Source: Camelus ferus (taxonomy: Eukaryota). Taken from it: a DNA stretch of 64,000 nt. The notes under the pieces were generated by a model. It saw only the letters and a list, made by a program, of their open reading frames with translations, searched no databases and was not told where the DNA came from. The DNA lies in the NCBI RefSeq assembly GCF_009834535.1, contig NC_045697.1, positions 35,776,001 to 35,840,000 of the forward strand, given 5' to 3'. Shown here piece by piece: positions 1 to 12,129 of the stretch. Every line of letters begins with the position of its first letter. Position 1 is the stretch's first letter. Position numbers and translations under genes: made by a program.

Positions 1-75
1 ACCTTGGACCAGGCACTTACCTGTCTGGATCACAGGACCTTCATTGACAAAATGGGGATAATGATAATGACGATG
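1..75 (+). mobile_element. MIR SINE fragment (runs off window edge)
   Basis: accttggaccaggcacttacctgtctg...aaatggggataatgataat resembles the MIR core. Confidence 0.6.
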
Positions 76-174
76 GTAACAAATGTTATCTATTATTGTC
101 CTAGCCCGTTCTAATTCAAGTAATTAATCCCATGTCACAGTGGCATATCTTGTCCCTTGATAGTATTTGCTACT

Positions 175-375
175 TGCAGGAACTGTTCTGAACACTTTAC
201 ACATAAGAAGCGCTCACCGCACACATCATTTCATCTTACACCAACCCTGGGAGGCAGGGGTCCTTTCATCAGCTCCCAAACCATTGGTGAGAAAACTGAC
301 ACACAAAGAGATTGTCACCTGCTTAATTCCACACGTCTGATAAATGGTTTCGCTGTCCATAAATCCAGGTAGCTT
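175..375 (-). mobile_element. MIR SINE fragment
   Basis: cactttacacat...tcatcttacaccaaccctgggaggcagg...tgagaaaactgac is an antisense MIR pattern. Confidence 0.55.
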
Positions 376-384
376 AGCTTTAAA

Positions 385-553
385 AAGAGGTCTGCAAACC
401 AGGGCGTGCCACTGTTTTTGCAAATAAAGTTTTAGTGGACCATGGCAATGCCCATTAATTTCTGTATTATCTATGAGTGCTTTCACACTACAATGGCAAA
501 CCTGAGAATACTAATTATCTGGCTCTTTTACGGTAACAATTTGCTGACCTCTG
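385..553 (+). mobile_element. MER58A-like hAT-Charlie MITE
   Basis: gaggtctgcaaac...tgtttttgcaaataaagttttagtgga...tttgctgacctctg, with inverted termini. Confidence 0.75.
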
Positions 554-586
554 ATCTAGAGTCTAGCTACACTCTTAACTATTAAG

Positions 587-692
587 GTGGGGTTGCCAGG
601 TTTGGCAAATAAAAACATGGGATGCTCAGTTAAATTTGAAACAATGAATAATTTTTCAATATAATTGTATCCTATGCAATATTTGGCACCTG
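587..692. mobile_element. MER53-like hAT fragment
   Basis: gggttgccag...aaataaaaacatgggatgctcagttaaatttgaa resembles the MER53 terminus. Confidence 0.6.
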
Positions 693-1214
693 TGCATTAA
701 GGTGATCTGCATCTCCCTATGAATACGTGATCAAGCTTTTTTAGAAGCCAAACTGTCCTTTCTTTTGAATCATAATGTGTTAGAACTCAAGGGACCTAAG
801 ATGGCAGATGACTTGCCCAGGAATTAATGGCAGTGCCTGGCTGGAACGATCACTTTGTTATCAGGTGGCCTTATTAAACGTTTAAGTGTTAGTGGCGAAG
901 TCATATGACATCTAGGAAAAAGAACTGATCCAGGAGTACAGCCGAGCCTAGGAAAAATTATAACATAGAAAATCATCTTTGTGACTTCTTGTCACCTCTC
1001 CAGCCTCTGCTCCCCCAATAGCCAACCTGATTCTTTTTACCTTCTCACAACTAACTTTCCCTGAATCATTTTGATTACCTCCTCTATAAAATAAAAGCAA
1101 TAATGCTGTGCCCAAGTAAACTGAGACTCCTTTCCTCCCCCTGTGACCTAGGGAGAATCTTGGAAATTAGAGAGAAGCAATTCAGAAACAGAACCATTTG
1201 TTGGCAGATAATTT

Positions 1215-1590
1215 TGTAACATGGGCTGGGAGAACCCCACCCAACCCTGAATTAAGGCCCAGGATACACCCAGCTTGGCGAGTCTTGGCCTTTGTGTCTT
1301 CAAGGGAATGAGGAGGTCAGAGCATCATGTCTGATTCTCTCTCTCCCACCTCCAGTTTTGTATGATTTTGAAGCATCACATGCAAATATTCATGCCAGAA
1401 TCCACTAAGTATTCTGTTCTTGAGTAGCAGGGGAGGTGGTACTTTTAAGGTTTATTCCCTTAAGTTTCCCTCTTCCAAGGGCAGTTAGAGATAGACCAAC
1501 TGGGATCCTAAAAAGAAGGGGGCTGCCCTGTGGGTTATATCACTAACCTACCTCTTGTCTCCTGAGAATAAAATAGATCAGTGTCTCAGG
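1215..1590 (+). mobile_element. Possible ancient LTR (Gypsy-like MamGypLTR/LTR8x class?)
   Basis: Starts TGTAACATGGGCTGGGAGAACCCCAC, has AATAAA near 1567 and ends near ...tctca; family is a weak recollection. Confidence 0.3.
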
Positions 1591-1639
1591 AGAGTTTCAA
1601 AATCTTGAGAAATACATGCAGATTAAAAGATAAGGTCAA

Positions 1640-2200
1640 TTGACTTTAAAATATGGATGCAAATTCTTTAATATTCCTCCCATCAGGAGATAGGATCTAT
1701 AGCCACTCCTCTTTCTTCTGAGTGAGGTTGTGTCTGCTTTGACCAATAAAGTGTATGGGAAATACTGCTCTAGGATTTTCAAGGCTAGGTCTTAAAAGGT
1801 CAAGAAACTTTCCAATCTCCAAGATTGCTCCCTAGAACACCTGTTCTTAGACTATTAAGTGATCCAATGACACTGAGGTGCCCTGGAGTAAGGAAACCCA
1901 GCCATCTGGACAAATCACATGTAGGTGCACTGGCCAACAGGTTCAGCCAAGCCAGCTTTCAGGTTACAGGTACAAGACATTTGAATGCAGAGTCTTCTAT
2001 ATGTACCAGCCTGCAGAAGTTTATGTCACCCTAGGGAGTTCAAGTCTTTCAAGGTTCAAGCCCAGATATCATACAGCAGACACAATCCATCCCCCATTAT
2101 GTCTTGCCTGATTAACAAACCTATAACCATAATGAAATGGTTATCTTTCTGTGCCACTAATTTGGAATGGTTGGTTCTGCGGAAATGGATAATTGGAACA
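1640..2200 (+). mobile_element. MaLR solo LTR, MLT1G/H-like
   Basis: aaattctttaatattcctcccatc...ctgctttgaccaata...aggctaggtcttaaaagg...gccactaatttggaatggttggtt...gataattggaaca. Confidence 0.7.
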
Positions 2201-2219
2201 ATCACCAACCACTTATTGA

Positions 2220-2287
2220 GATAGGTAGACAGATGGATAGACAGATGGATAGATAGAGAGATGGATAGATAGATAGAGAGATAGATA
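2220..2287. repeat. (GATA/GGAT/GACA)n compound microsatellite
   Basis: Directly visible. Confidence 0.9.
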
Positions 2288-2310
2288 ATGTATATGTACA
2301 TATGTAGTAT

Positions 2311-2820
2311 TTTGATATAAGAAATATGTATTTGGGCTTTATTCCAAGTTCTTGGCACAGAGCTTCTAAAAACCCTTGTAATTTTCTGAGTGATAGAGAT
2401 AAAGAACATCTTTAATTATTCATAATAAGCTCCTTTCAACAGTAACTGAATTTATGCTAATAAGGTGACTTTTAGAAGCTGGGGGTTAGTTGCCAAGGGA
2501 ACCAATCATGTGATTAGGGGGCTAACCTTGCAACTTTCAGCCTCACCTGCAGACCTCTAGAAAGGGGAGAGGGGCTGGAGATTGAGTTAATCACTAACGG
2601 CCAGTGATTTAATTGTATCTATGTAATGCATGCCCATGAAATGGAATCTCTATTTAAAAACAAAACAAAACAAACACCCTAACAGAAGGGGTTTGGAGAG
2701 CTTCCAGTTTGGTTCACACGTTGAGGTGCTGGGAGGGTGGTGCTGCCTGAGAAGGCATGGAAGTGCCACCTTAGCCTTTCCACATCTCTTGCCCCATGCA
2801 TCTCTTCCATTTGGTTGTTC
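2311..2820 (+). mobile_element. MER21-like ERVL solo LTR, truncated by the assembly gap
   Basis: tgatataagaaatatgtatttgg...ttcttggcacagagcttctaaaaaccctt...ggggagaggggctggagattgagttaatcac...catctcttccatttggttgttc; similar to the copy at 61800. Confidence 0.85.
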
Positions 2821-2920
2821 NNNNNNNNNNNNNNNNNNNNNNNNNNNNNNNNNNNNNNNNNNNNNNNNNNNNNNNNNNNNNNNNNNNNNNNNNNNNNNNN
2901 NNNNNNNNNNNNNNNNNNNN
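2821..2920. other. Assembly gap (100 N; probably unsized)
   Basis: Run of exactly 100 N. Confidence 0.99.
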
Positions 2921-3734
2921 AATACCCTGCTCCATTTAACTTCCCCAGCCCCCAGCTTTGTCTGAAATCCTGGATTAAAAGGGTTTAAATTGAGAAAAAG
3001 GTGGTGGGGGAACAGGGATGGACTCCAAACCACAGAACCCAAATTCATAAAGTTAAGTGGATGCAGAACTTGCTGGAACAAGATTTACCAAGGACAATAG
3101 CCAGACTGCCTTTTTTTTTTTTTTTCAGCTCTATGGAAGAAGGCAGCCCAGTGAAATTTTCTTCAAAATCTGGTTCTCTGTGGTGACGTCCACAAACTTG
3201 GTACTATGAACGTTCTTTAGAAAATATACCATAGATAAGAGGAAAGAATGTTGTTGCCTTTGAATAAAATCCCATAACCTATCTTCATGCTACTATGAGC
3301 CAGAAACATGGATCTCACAGGCCAGGAGTACCTGGGTGGCGGGGATATATGGCACCCAGCATGGGGCACCTTAAGTAGGACTCACCTGATCAGGTGAGAA
3401 GAAATAAGGGATGCTTGAAAGATGATGAGGGCAGGTCAGCATTGTGGTCTAGGACTGAACTTCTTACCAGCCCAGGGATCCTTGTGCCATGTAAAAATGT
3501 GAGTCCTGATACCACAAAAAATACCCCAAAAACAAACCAAAAAAAAAAAAAAAAAAAAAAAAAACCCTGGATCCAAAAGAAGAGAGTAAGGGGAAACAGG
3601 AAAGGAAATGACTGCAGTGGGAGGGTTCTGCTTGGGAAATGTTTATCTGGGGTCCTCGGCTGTAAATGGTGTGATTACAAGTCCTGGCAATAGTGGCGTA
3701 GGACACTTGGGCTTGTGTCCATTTCAGGACACAA

Positions 3735-4208
3735 GCTGTTAGTTTCCTAGGACTGCCACAGCAGAGTACCACAAACGAAGTGGCTCATAACAACAGAAGT
3801 TTATTCTTTCACAGTTCTGGAGGCCAGAAGCCCTAAATAAAGTGTTGGCAGGGCCATGTGCCCTCTAAAGGTTCTAGGGAAGAAAAGTTCCTCTCCTCTT
3901 CCTGGTTCCTGGTGGCTCCCGGCATTCCTCGGAGATCCTCGGGTTGCAGCAGCCTCCCTCCAGTCCCTGCCTCCATCTCCACATGGCCTTCTTCCCTGTG
4001 CGTATGTGCCTGTAGGTCTGAATCTCCCCCTCCTTCCTCTTATAAAGACCCCAGTGATTGGATTTAGGGCCCACTCCAGTTCAGTACGAGCTCATTTTAA
4101 TATAACTGATCACATCTACCGAGACCCTATTTCCAAATGAGCTCACAAGCTGAGGTTCTGAATGGACAAGATTTGTTGGTAGGGGGGGACACTATTCAGC
4201 CCAGCACA
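3735..4208 (-). mobile_element. MaLR solo LTR, MLT1B/C-like
   Basis: ttagtttcctaggactgcc...acaacagaagtttattctttcacagttctggaggccagaag...ggatttagggcccac...gaccctatttccaaat...gacactattcagcccagcaca. Confidence 0.85.
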
Positions 4209-4249
4209 GACCCCAGTAGTAGTTATAGCGATAACACTAGAAAAGGCTG

Positions 4250-4375
4250 CTCTCAAATCCTGGCTCCTACTGCTCCTGTCCCTTTGTCCCCTGAACCTTG
4301 GCTTTCTCATCTGTAACGTGATAGCAATAATCCCCATTGGGATTGTGAGATGGGGCAGAGATCACGTGCTTGATA
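4250..4375 (+). mobile_element. MIR fragment
   Basis: caaatcctggctc...ctgaaccttggctttctcatctgtaacgtgatagcaataa. Confidence 0.5.
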
Positions 4376-5117
4376 CAGTTGGTATGAAACAGTGGGGGGC
4401 TGGCAGAGCTGGGGCAGGGGCTACTCTCTCCTGTTGTCAGGCAGCCCCAAGGCACTCAGCCAGACCTCCCAGAGTGCTCCAGACACAGCCCCAACTGCTT
4501 TGCCCCACATTTTATGCTCAGGAGCTTCACTTACCAGCTTACTGGCTTGGAATCTGACATATTGATCTTTATTTATGAGTTGTTGTTTGTCTCCCCTGGG
4601 TGAGATACCTTTAAAGGGATATCTCCTACTTAGATTCTGCATCGGCTCCGTGAGTGATGACTGGGGTCTCAGAGACTGTTGCAGACCAGTGAGGGAAAGG
4701 GGGGTGGGGGCCATTTGGGCAGGGCCAGGATTCCCCAGCCTCCGAGGGCATCCAGTGGTCACCACCTAACTTTGATGCTGGTGGGGCTATTCCTGGCTAG
4801 AGCAGGGCTTTGTATGGAAATCTGGCACAATCAACAGTCACAAAATCCCAGGTGGAAGACAATAGGAACATTCCGAGAATTGTGCTGCAGGCTTTTTATA
4901 GGAATGATTTTTGTTTCCAGTGGCTCTCACCTTGAGGCTGGTTCAGGCATGGTGTTTGGCGTAGCCAGGAGCACAGCTCCTGCCTCCAGCATCCACACTG
5001 GACTCACTGAGATAGATAACTCCAAAGGTTATTGGATATTTGATGTTAGTACTCACTCATGTATTAGTCTGAAGTCTTTCTTGTGTCTTTGTTGGACCAA
5101 TTTATTGATTCCGAGCG

Positions 5118-5333
5118 GGGATTTTCCTTGGGTTGTTAACAGCCTTTTTATGTTTAATTAAGGAAAGATTTTTCTTTTTGAATATGCCCAAGATTTTTAT
5201 AAGCCCTAATCTTCTTGAGTGAGTCAGTAGCAGCTGACTGGAAATGTTTACCTTCCACAGCCAGATTGTCAGATCCCAACCAGACACAAATAAACATTTT
5301 AAGGAAGTGTCCTCCCCATGTCCCACTGACTCA
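5118..5333. promoter_or_regulatory. Candidate enhancer motif cluster (NF-kB, 2x AP-1, 2x forkhead, ETS, E-box)
   Basis: GGGATTTTCC 5118-5127; TGAGTCA 5220-5226; CAGCTG 5231-5236; TGTTTAC 5245-5251; AAATAAACA 5288-5296; AGGAAGTG 5302-5309; TGACTCA 5327-5333; lies in non-repeat DNA. Confidence 0.35.
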
Positions 5334-5542
5334 ACAAAACTGCGGGAACATCTCACTCTCCTACAGTTAGAGCCTTCCAAGAATGGACCTTCATTGAAAT
5401 GCACATTGACCCAGGAGTGTTCCATCAGATGGACTGACTTTGTCAAGGGTGTCACACAGTTTGCTCCTTTGTAAGGATTGGCATCAGAGTATATAATGTC
5501 ATTTATCCAATTTTTCATTCATTCAACAAAGATACGGGCATC

Positions 5543-6063
5543 ACGAGGTAGACAGTGTCTCCCATCTGCCTCTGCCTCCTGGCACTATGCATTTACATAT
5601 TCCTTCACAGTGGCGTGTGGGAAGGCTTAGTGACTTGCTTCTGACAGAAAAAAAAAATGCAGCAAGTAATCTGATGTCACTTACAAGATTGGGTTACAAA
5701 AGACTGTGACTTCCGTCTTGCTCTCATTCTGTCATTCTGTCTGTCTGTCTGTCTTTCCCTCTGGCCTCTTCTCACTTGCTTACTCTGTCTGATGAAGTAA
5801 GTGGCTGCACTGTGAGCAAACACGGGATCCTGTGAACTGTGTGAATGAGCTGGGGAGTGTATTCTGCCCCAGTCGCGCCCCGTGTTGGCTGCAGCCCAGG
5901 TTGCCATCTTCATGCCAGCTTGTGAGAGACGTAGATTCAGAGGACCCAGCTAAGCCACACCCAGATTTCAGACCCACAGAAACTGTGACACAATAAATGT
6001 TGATGTGCCAAGCCACCAAGTTTTGGGGTAATTTGTTATACAGAAACAAATAACCAATAGACA
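5543..6063 (+). mobile_element. MaLR solo LTR, MLT1E/F-like
   Basis: tagtgacttgcttctgacag...gatgtcacttacaagattgggttacaaaagactgtgacttc...gaggacccagctaagccacacccagattt...aagttttggggtaatttgttatacag. Confidence 0.85.
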
Positions 6064-6791
6064 CTTAACTGGCACTGAAGATATAAAGTGAAAATATATA
6101 TATATATATTGGTCTTTTTCTTAAGATATGCAAACAATTTCCATAGGCAGTGATAACTACCCTCATTGCATCTGCGTTCAAAATTCAGTGGCGATACAAT
6201 AATGATGTGGTTTGGCCTTTTAGCCTAAATATGTATGATTCATGAAACTGACCAAAAGTTAAAGTGATTTGGAAGGACTTTTAATTATGTGAGATATTTC
6301 TGACTGCTTGGAAATGTCTCACTATGAACACAAAAATATGCCTCCATTTCAGAACAAGAGGTGTCTGGAACTTGGAACAGAAATTATTTCAGATGATATC
6401 TGCTTCTGCAAAACTCATCTTTATTAATGGAACCACTGTAAATAAAATTAGAAAAGGGGGTAATAGGTCATCCCACCCATTTCCGTTGTTTCATTTTTCA
6501 ATCAGCATATTTTTTGCTCTAGAGTAGCTGCAAAACATAGACTACAAATGAAGTATACAAATAATATTTGTGCCAATAAGAACAGAAAGACTGTGAAGAA
6601 AACCTAAAGGGAAACTTCTTGCTAAAATTTTGGGCCAAGATTCTCCAACACCTATGAAATCAAGATACTGAACTTTAAGACCTGTTGAAAATTCCTGCTT
6701 TTCTGCTCTATCCATACCTGTGTTCCCAAATTTAATTTCAGAAAATGAGGCTGCTAGCCAAATGGACTAAAGAGAGGGAGTTGAATTTAAG

Positions 6792-8310
6792 TCTGAAAAG
6801 AATGGGTATTCTGCTGCTGCTGTGTACAGTGTTTTATAAATGTCGGGTATACCTTGTTGGTCGATGGTGTTGTTGAGTTCTTCTATGGATTTGCTAATTT
6901 TATTCTATCAATTGTAAGAGAGCACATTGAAGTCACCAATGATTGCAGATGTCTGTTTCTCCTTTTAGATCTATCACTTTTGCTTCACATATTCGGTACC
7001 TGCATTGCATACACATTTGGATTACTGTTTTCTTGATGGATTGGCCCTTCTATCATTATATACCTTTCTCTCTGTCTCTGGTAATTTTTTTTTTTTTTTG
7101 GCTCTGAAATTTGCTTTATCTGGTACTAAATTTAAAATAGCCATTCCTGCATTCCTTTGCTTAATACTTGCATAATGTAACTTTTTCCATTCTTTTGCTT
7201 TCATCTGGCCTATATCATTATATTTGAAATGAATGTCTTTCAGACAGGATATCGTTGAGTTCTGTTTTAAATTCACTCTGCCAATCTCTGTCTTTTAATT
7301 GGTACACTTAGATGATTTCCATAATTATTGATGTTAGTGTATAAATAGACCATTTTAATTTTTGTTTTGTTACCACTATTTTTCACTTCACTTTTCTTTT
7401 TCCTTCCTTTCTGCGGATTACTTGAACATTTTTTAGAATTCTATTTCTGACTTATCTGTAGTATTTTTGACCATATATTAATATAGATATTTTACTGGCT
7501 GTGGTAAATATTACTTTATAGATACATAACACAATCTACTGGTGTTGCTGTTTGACCAGTTCAAACCAGGTGCAGAAAACTTATCTTTCTTTATGTCCCT
7601 TTACTCTTCTGCATTTATAATGTAATTATTATAAATACTTTCTCTTCATAGATTTAGAATCAAAGCAGACAGTGTTATCCTTTTGACTTCCACCATCAAA
7701 TATAATTTAGAAAACTCAAGGGGAGAAGAAAGTCTATCACTTTTATCTGAATTCTGTGTTTTTTCTTCCTTCTTAATGATCCAAGGTTTCTTTCTTGTTT
7801 TCTTTCTCTCTAGAGAACTTCAGTTCGCCATTCTCTAAGGTAGGTATGCTAGAGACATACTCTCTTAGCTCCTTTATCTGAGGATGTTTTGACTCCTCTC
7901 TCATTCCTGAAAGACATTTTCACTGGGAATAGGATTCTGGGTTGATAGCTCATTTCTGTAAGCATTTGGAAATTGTGCCACTGGCCTCCAGGGTTCTGAT
8001 GAGAATCTAAAGCTATTCCATTTGTTTTCCCCCTTTAGGTAAGGCTTTGCTGCCCTCTCATTATTTTCAAGATATTTTTCTTTGTCTTTGTTTTTCAGAA
8101 GTTTGATTACTATGTGTCTTGGTGTTAATTCCTTTAAGTTGCTTATGTTCGGGATTCACTCAGCTCCTTGTATCTGAGAACTTCTATCACTTGCCATGTT
8201 GGGAACTTTTCAGCCATTATTACTTCAAGTACTTTTTCAGCTCCACCCTCTTTTTCCTTTCTTTTTGAGACTCTGATGAGATGAATGTTAGATCTTTTGT
8301 CATAGTCTGA
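6792..8310 (-). mobile_element. Old L1M LINE fragment (ORF1 to ORF2 endonuclease region)
   Basis: ORF 7022-7276(-) reads ISCLKDIHFKYNDIGQMKAKEWKKLHYASIKQRNAGMAIL, a decayed L1 endonuclease (CCLQETH...KGWKKIYHAN...KAGVAIL); T-rich antisense L1 text throughout. Confidence 0.85.
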
Positions 8311-9099
8311 CTACCCTGAGTATAAGTAATGTCATTCTGATAAATTGCAGGGATCCTTTTTCTTACAGTCACAGCCAGGGCACTGCCTCCAGCATGTATG
8401 CAAAAAAAAAAAAGAAAAAAAAAGAAAAGAAAAGAAATGCGTGTTCACTGTGAATCCACTTCTCTTGCAATGCAGTGACCTTCTATTAGGGCTTCCATGT
8501 TTCTTTCTTTATTAAAGGCAGACTAGGACTCCACAGCATTTAATGGGCTTTTTATCTCTTAAAGAAAATTTTATAAAGAAGTTATAGAAAAGGCAAAATG
8601 AAGCTTGGAATAATGGAATAGTTTTTAGAGAAAAAGATCAAAGTGGTAAAAGATTAAATAGAATGCTTTGTTAAAGGGCTGGCTCTGAACATAATACTTT
8701 CTCAAAGAGTCTTGAAGAGAAATAAAATGGTGCTCGAAACTCCTAATGCGCCCTTCACCGCAAAGTGATTTCCACTTGGTTCAGTTGGAAAGCCCTGTTA
8801 TGGAATCAGTTTGAGCCTCTCTTATTGAAAGCAGGTGCTTGTAGCTAAACAGCTCATCAGTGTTTGTAAAGACCACCAAGTCCATCATTTGTGTAATGAC
8901 TGGTCCCCTTAGTGGGTTCATATCTTTGCTGTCGAACCAAACTCAATCCTGCTTGACGGGTGTTTGAACATCATCACTGTTTCTGGAATGAACCTAAGAG
9001 TGTCCCCCAGCCTCCAAAATGATTCCAAAGCCCCTTAAACGCCCCCTGCTACCTTTTTTCACACTTCACTGATACTCCTTCTTGAACATCTATCTCCTC

Positions 9100-9220
9100 A
9101 GACACACTCTGTGCTCTGTGAAGTCTGATGAAAATCCTGTCTTTTTCACTCAGCACGTGGGCCGTGTACTGGCACATGGGGGCACTGGGTAAATGCTTGT
9201 CTGATAAATGTCTAAATGAG
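9100..9220 (+). mobile_element. L2 3' end
   Basis: ctggcacatgggggcactgggtaaatgcttgtctgataaatg. Confidence 0.45.
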
Positions 9221-9269
9221 CAAGATCTCCATAGGTGCAGAAAAAGATCTACCCACTCGTAACTCTATA

Positions 9270-9380
9270 CTTCATTCATTCTGTAATCTACTCTAAGAAA
9301 GTTCTACAAATATCTACCATGTGCCAGGTGAGGTGCTGGACATTGAAAGTACAAGAAAAAAAATGTGGATTATATTCTGG
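9270..9380 (-). mobile_element. L2 3' end
   Basis: ttcattcattc...ctaccatgtgccaggtgaggtgctgga. Confidence 0.45.
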
Positions 9381-9458
9381 CCAGAAGCTCCTACGGAAAT
9401 ATCCCATCTGACCTGTGCTTCCACATTTTGGGTTGGGCTCCCACATGTGCCCCCAGGT

Positions 9459-9632
9459 TAGGGGTGGCAAATTACAGCTCATGAACCAAATCTGGCCACC
9501 ATATTTTCTGTAAATAAAATGTTACTGAAAGGTTACCACACTTATTTGTGTCTGCTTTCACACTAGAATGACCTGCAAGAGCCTAAAATATTTATTATCG
9601 AAACATTTACAGAAAAATGTTGCCAACCCCTG
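9459..9632 (+). mobile_element. MER58A-like hAT-Charlie MITE
   Basis: Termini aggggtggcaaa / gttgccaacccctg; internal gcctaaaatatttattatc. Confidence 0.8.
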
Positions 9633-9994
9633 CCATAAATCATGAATTAAGGAATGTCGGATACGCCCTCCCCTTACCTGGAAATCCTTGCGGTGTCAAA
9701 CAGGCCAAGTCATGGCTCCATTTGTTAGCCAACACATCCTTTGGTCAAGATTATTGAGGAAAAATATTTAATTAATAATCAAAATATATATTGCTCTGCC
9801 AAATCCCCAGGTTACATAATCAGTGTTAACCAAGGTCCCTGATTTTATTAGATTGCCATCTATCTGTGTTAAATTTCACAGGATGGAGCTCAGGACAGTT
9901 GTTTGGTTCCCGTCATTCAGAGGTGGAGGACGTGATATTTAAACATATGTAATACACAGCTCACACCCCATTGGCCTTGACGTCAGACCATCCT

Positions 9995-10525
9995 TGTTGT
10001 GTCTGAGGAATCGCCAGGGGCTCAGTGTGGCTGGAGGGAAGTGAATGAGGGCACGCAGTGGGAGATAAGATCAGAGAACTGAGAGGGGGTGAGGAGCTGC
10101 CCACTGAAAGGGCTTGGGTTTGAACTCTGAGTGAGACGGGAGCCATAAGTGAGTTTAGAGCGAGGAATTATCTGATCTGTGTTTTGAGGAGATCACTCTG
10201 GTTGGCATGTGGGGACTAGACTAGGAAGGGTGAGGGTGGGAGCAGCGTCATCAGTTAGGAGGCTGTTGGGATGATCCACCTGAGACACGATAGTGGCCGA
10301 GCCCAGGGAGCAATGGTCAGAAGGGGTTGGATTCTGCACTTTGAAGATGGAGTCAATAGGGTTTTCTGAAGGATGGAATGTAGGAAGAAGAGGAGAGTCA
10401 AGGAAGGCTGCAAGGTTCTTCACCTGAACAACTGGAAGGGTAGACTCCCATTGACTGAGATGAGAAAGACAGCGAGAATCTGGTTTTGGGGGGTGATATC
10501 AAGAGTTCATTTTAGACATGCTTGA
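9995..10525 (-). mobile_element. L2a LINE fragment
   Basis: cagtgtggctggag...tctgagtgagacgggagcca...gatcactctggttg...cagttaggaggctgttg...cctgaacaactggaagg...agagttcattttagacatg. Confidence 0.8.
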
Positions 10526-10650
10526 CATGTCTCATTTTTCCTGAATTTCTTACCCCTCCCTTGAATTATCCTTACTCTAAAACCAGAAACTCTACATTCT
10601 GGTTTCTCGGTCTGTCTCACACCCCTCCCCTCATTAACCCCTCCACCCAG

Positions 10651-10895
10651 AGATGGCCGTGTAGCATTGTGGTTAAGAGTGTGGACTACAGACACAGAAT
10701 TTTGCATGCACATCTAGGTCAGCTATTTCCTAGCTGTGTGACCTTGGGAAAATTGCTTGAATTCTCTGAACTTCAGTTCCCCTATTCATAAAATAGAAAA
10801 AAAGTAATCACTTGCTTTCCCCTCGTGGTTGGTGTGAGGATTTAGAGGGACAGCATATGTGAGACTGGCGAGCACACTGTCAGTGCTCTCCTCCT
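10651..10895 (+). mobile_element. MIR SINE, near full length
   Basis: gtgtagcattgtggttaagagtgtggact...ctagctgtgtgaccttgggaaaattgctt...ctctgaacttcagttcc. Confidence 0.8.
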
Positions 10896-11659
10896 GGCTA
10901 TGTCCCAGTTTTCTGTCTCCAATTTTTTTTTCCAGTTTCTTGTGCCATATCTCAGGACTGGGATATGAGGATGAGGTTCTTGAGGGGAGGGAAACAATGT
11001 GGGGCAGGTGAGAGGGGAGGGGCCAGATCTAGTACAAGGATCTTTGTCAAACAGAATGGCCCAAAGGTTGGTACAGGTATGACTGACAAAAGAGAGCTGA
11101 CCAGGTAGGCAAGTCTCATTAGGACTTAGCACCTTGCCGTCTTTTGGAAATAAGCCATGATGCCTCCCAGCTATAAGAGGGGCAGATGAGGAGGAGGAAG
11201 CCAGGATCTGACTTGAGGCAGGGCTAGGAGGGGGGCTCGGTAGATCAGTGGCTGAGCAAGTGGTGGATGGTGTCTAAGGACAAGGTAAGAAGTATTAAGA
11301 TTTCGCGATGACCTACAGCAGGCTTCTAGGACGAAATGGTGGGATTCCAACAGAGGCTACAACATGGTGATGAAAAGTGGGCATCGTCTGGAAGGTTTTT
11401 CTAGGGCTGGGGTTCACGAGCAGAGCTCAGGCCCTTATGGTAAGTAGATGAGAATAACAAAGTTACTCCTCCAGACTCATGACCCAAGTGTCCCTGCCTG
11501 AGTGCTGGGCTCTGAATCCCTGTCCTTCCTGTGCCCACACACCTGAGTCCCTGCCACTTAACCATCACCTTTAATTCTGGAAGCTCTTCCACTGTGCAGT
11601 CTTGCTGTTAGGGAGATTTATTCACCACACGCTTTGATGAGTGATCAAATTCTCCAGTT

Positions 11660-11870
11660 TTGTAGTCCAGCAGGCCTGAATTTCAACACCAGCCACTGCC
11701 CTGCTATATAACAGAGCACTTCTCTCGTGCTCTCAAGCCTCAGTTTCCTGATCTATGAAATGGGTGTACTAGTAGCAGCTCTCTCTCAGCAGCAGCTGTG
11801 TGGATTCACTGAGACTTAGCACTGAACCTGTCACACAGTGAGAGCTCCTGGGGGGGCAGCTATGATGATG
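11660..11870 (+). mobile_element. MIR fragment
   Basis: gcctcagtttcctgatctatgaaatggg. Confidence 0.55.
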
Positions 11871-12129
11871 GTTATGAAGTGGACTTGCCAGCCCAGGCTA
11901 CTTTTCACTGCTGAGTCATCAAGCTGTGTGGTTACCTCTTGCGGTAAAGAAAAAGATGAAGTGAGCCTAAACTCCCTTTTGTAGTTTAAAAATTGGATGT
12001 GAATGCAGTTCTTTAAAAAAGGTTTCATGTCTTTACCAATTACATAAGAGGTTCCTATGGAAAGACCATTGAAATATGGCCCTTGTTTGCATGTAGGAAT
12101 TCCAGTGTGTTTATTAAAAGCCAGTCTCT

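Noticed and set aside
2630..3081. ORFs spanning the N run
   Set aside because: Artefacts of translating through the assembly gap inside a MER21 LTR.
3129..3200. Possible exon after the poly-T/CAG acceptor
   Set aside because: Weak donor sites and unrecognisable translation; the poly-T tract alone explains the acceptor-like look.
4679..5161. 160-aa ORF on the plus strand
   Set aside because: Non-ATG start and no recognisable protein family or exon structure.
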